DNA from: Podarcis tiliguerta | Taxonomy: Eukaryota | NCBI GenBank assembly: GCA_965153285.1 | Contig: OZ229115.1 | Length of the DNA: 64,000 bases | Reading direction: 5' to 3' (one strand) | Part shown: positions 63,736 to 64,000 of the stretch, in pieces | How positions within the stretch are numbered: the stretch's first letter is position 1 | Layout: each line of letters opens with the position of its first letter | The notes under the pieces: model-generated | What the model saw: only the letters and a program-made list of their open reading frames with translations | What the model was told of the DNA's origin: nothing | The model's database searches: none | Position numbers and translations under genes: made by a program

Positions 63736-64000
63736 CCCACCACCCTCATGCTAATTTATGAACGAAAAGGCAGCTTAGTGAGTACAATTTTGACATGGAA
63801 AAGAGCCTGATGGGAAAGGGCTATGCCTGCTTGCCCACTTTTACTGCCTGGAGCCTGCCCAGGCTGCTTTGAGTTTGAAAACGCAGAGGAAAGAATAATG
63901 TCACTCCACTTAATGCACAGTTTGAGCCTCCGTTTCATTTATGTGCCTCAGCCAGAGTTCAGATCCCAGGTTTTACTTTCACCTCAGAGTTTGTTCTGAT

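Noticed and set aside
421-63938. Most short ORFs in the six-frame track
   Set aside because: Intronic or intergenic chance ORFs, repeats, N-spanning, or exon ORFs extended into introns; no recognisable products

Overview
Vertebrate genomic DNA, most likely a squamate lizard judging by the Sauria-type and Squam3-type SINEs, CR1/L2 fragments and hAT/Tc-mariner MITEs. It carries the 3' two-thirds of ADGRL2 (latrophilin-2/LPHN2, adhesion GPCR) on the + strand. I traced GT-AG exons with consistent phases from the Ser/Thr/Pro linker (8493) through HormR, GAIN/GPS (HL|TNFAILM) and 7TM to the PDZ-binding C-terminus VTSL* (51019), with a 3'UTR ending near the AATAAA at 52420. The 5' exons (lectin, olfactomedin) lie upstream of the window. 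Several short exons are absent from, or buried in, the ORF track: a 39-nt GAIN cassette, two ICL3 micro-exons (45 and 27 nt), a 53-nt frame-shifting exon, and an 18/52-nt dual-donor exon. The most interesting region is 46.5-50.3 kb, a dense C-terminal splicing switchboard. It includes a 165-nt upstream extension of the last exon that is open only in the alternative reading frame, plus further candidate terminal exons. Beyond about 52.5 kb the window is intergenic, with TSD-flanked mobile elements including a solo LTR. There are three assembly gaps. No prokaryote-type systems are present. TE family names and homolog comparisons come from recall, not from searches.
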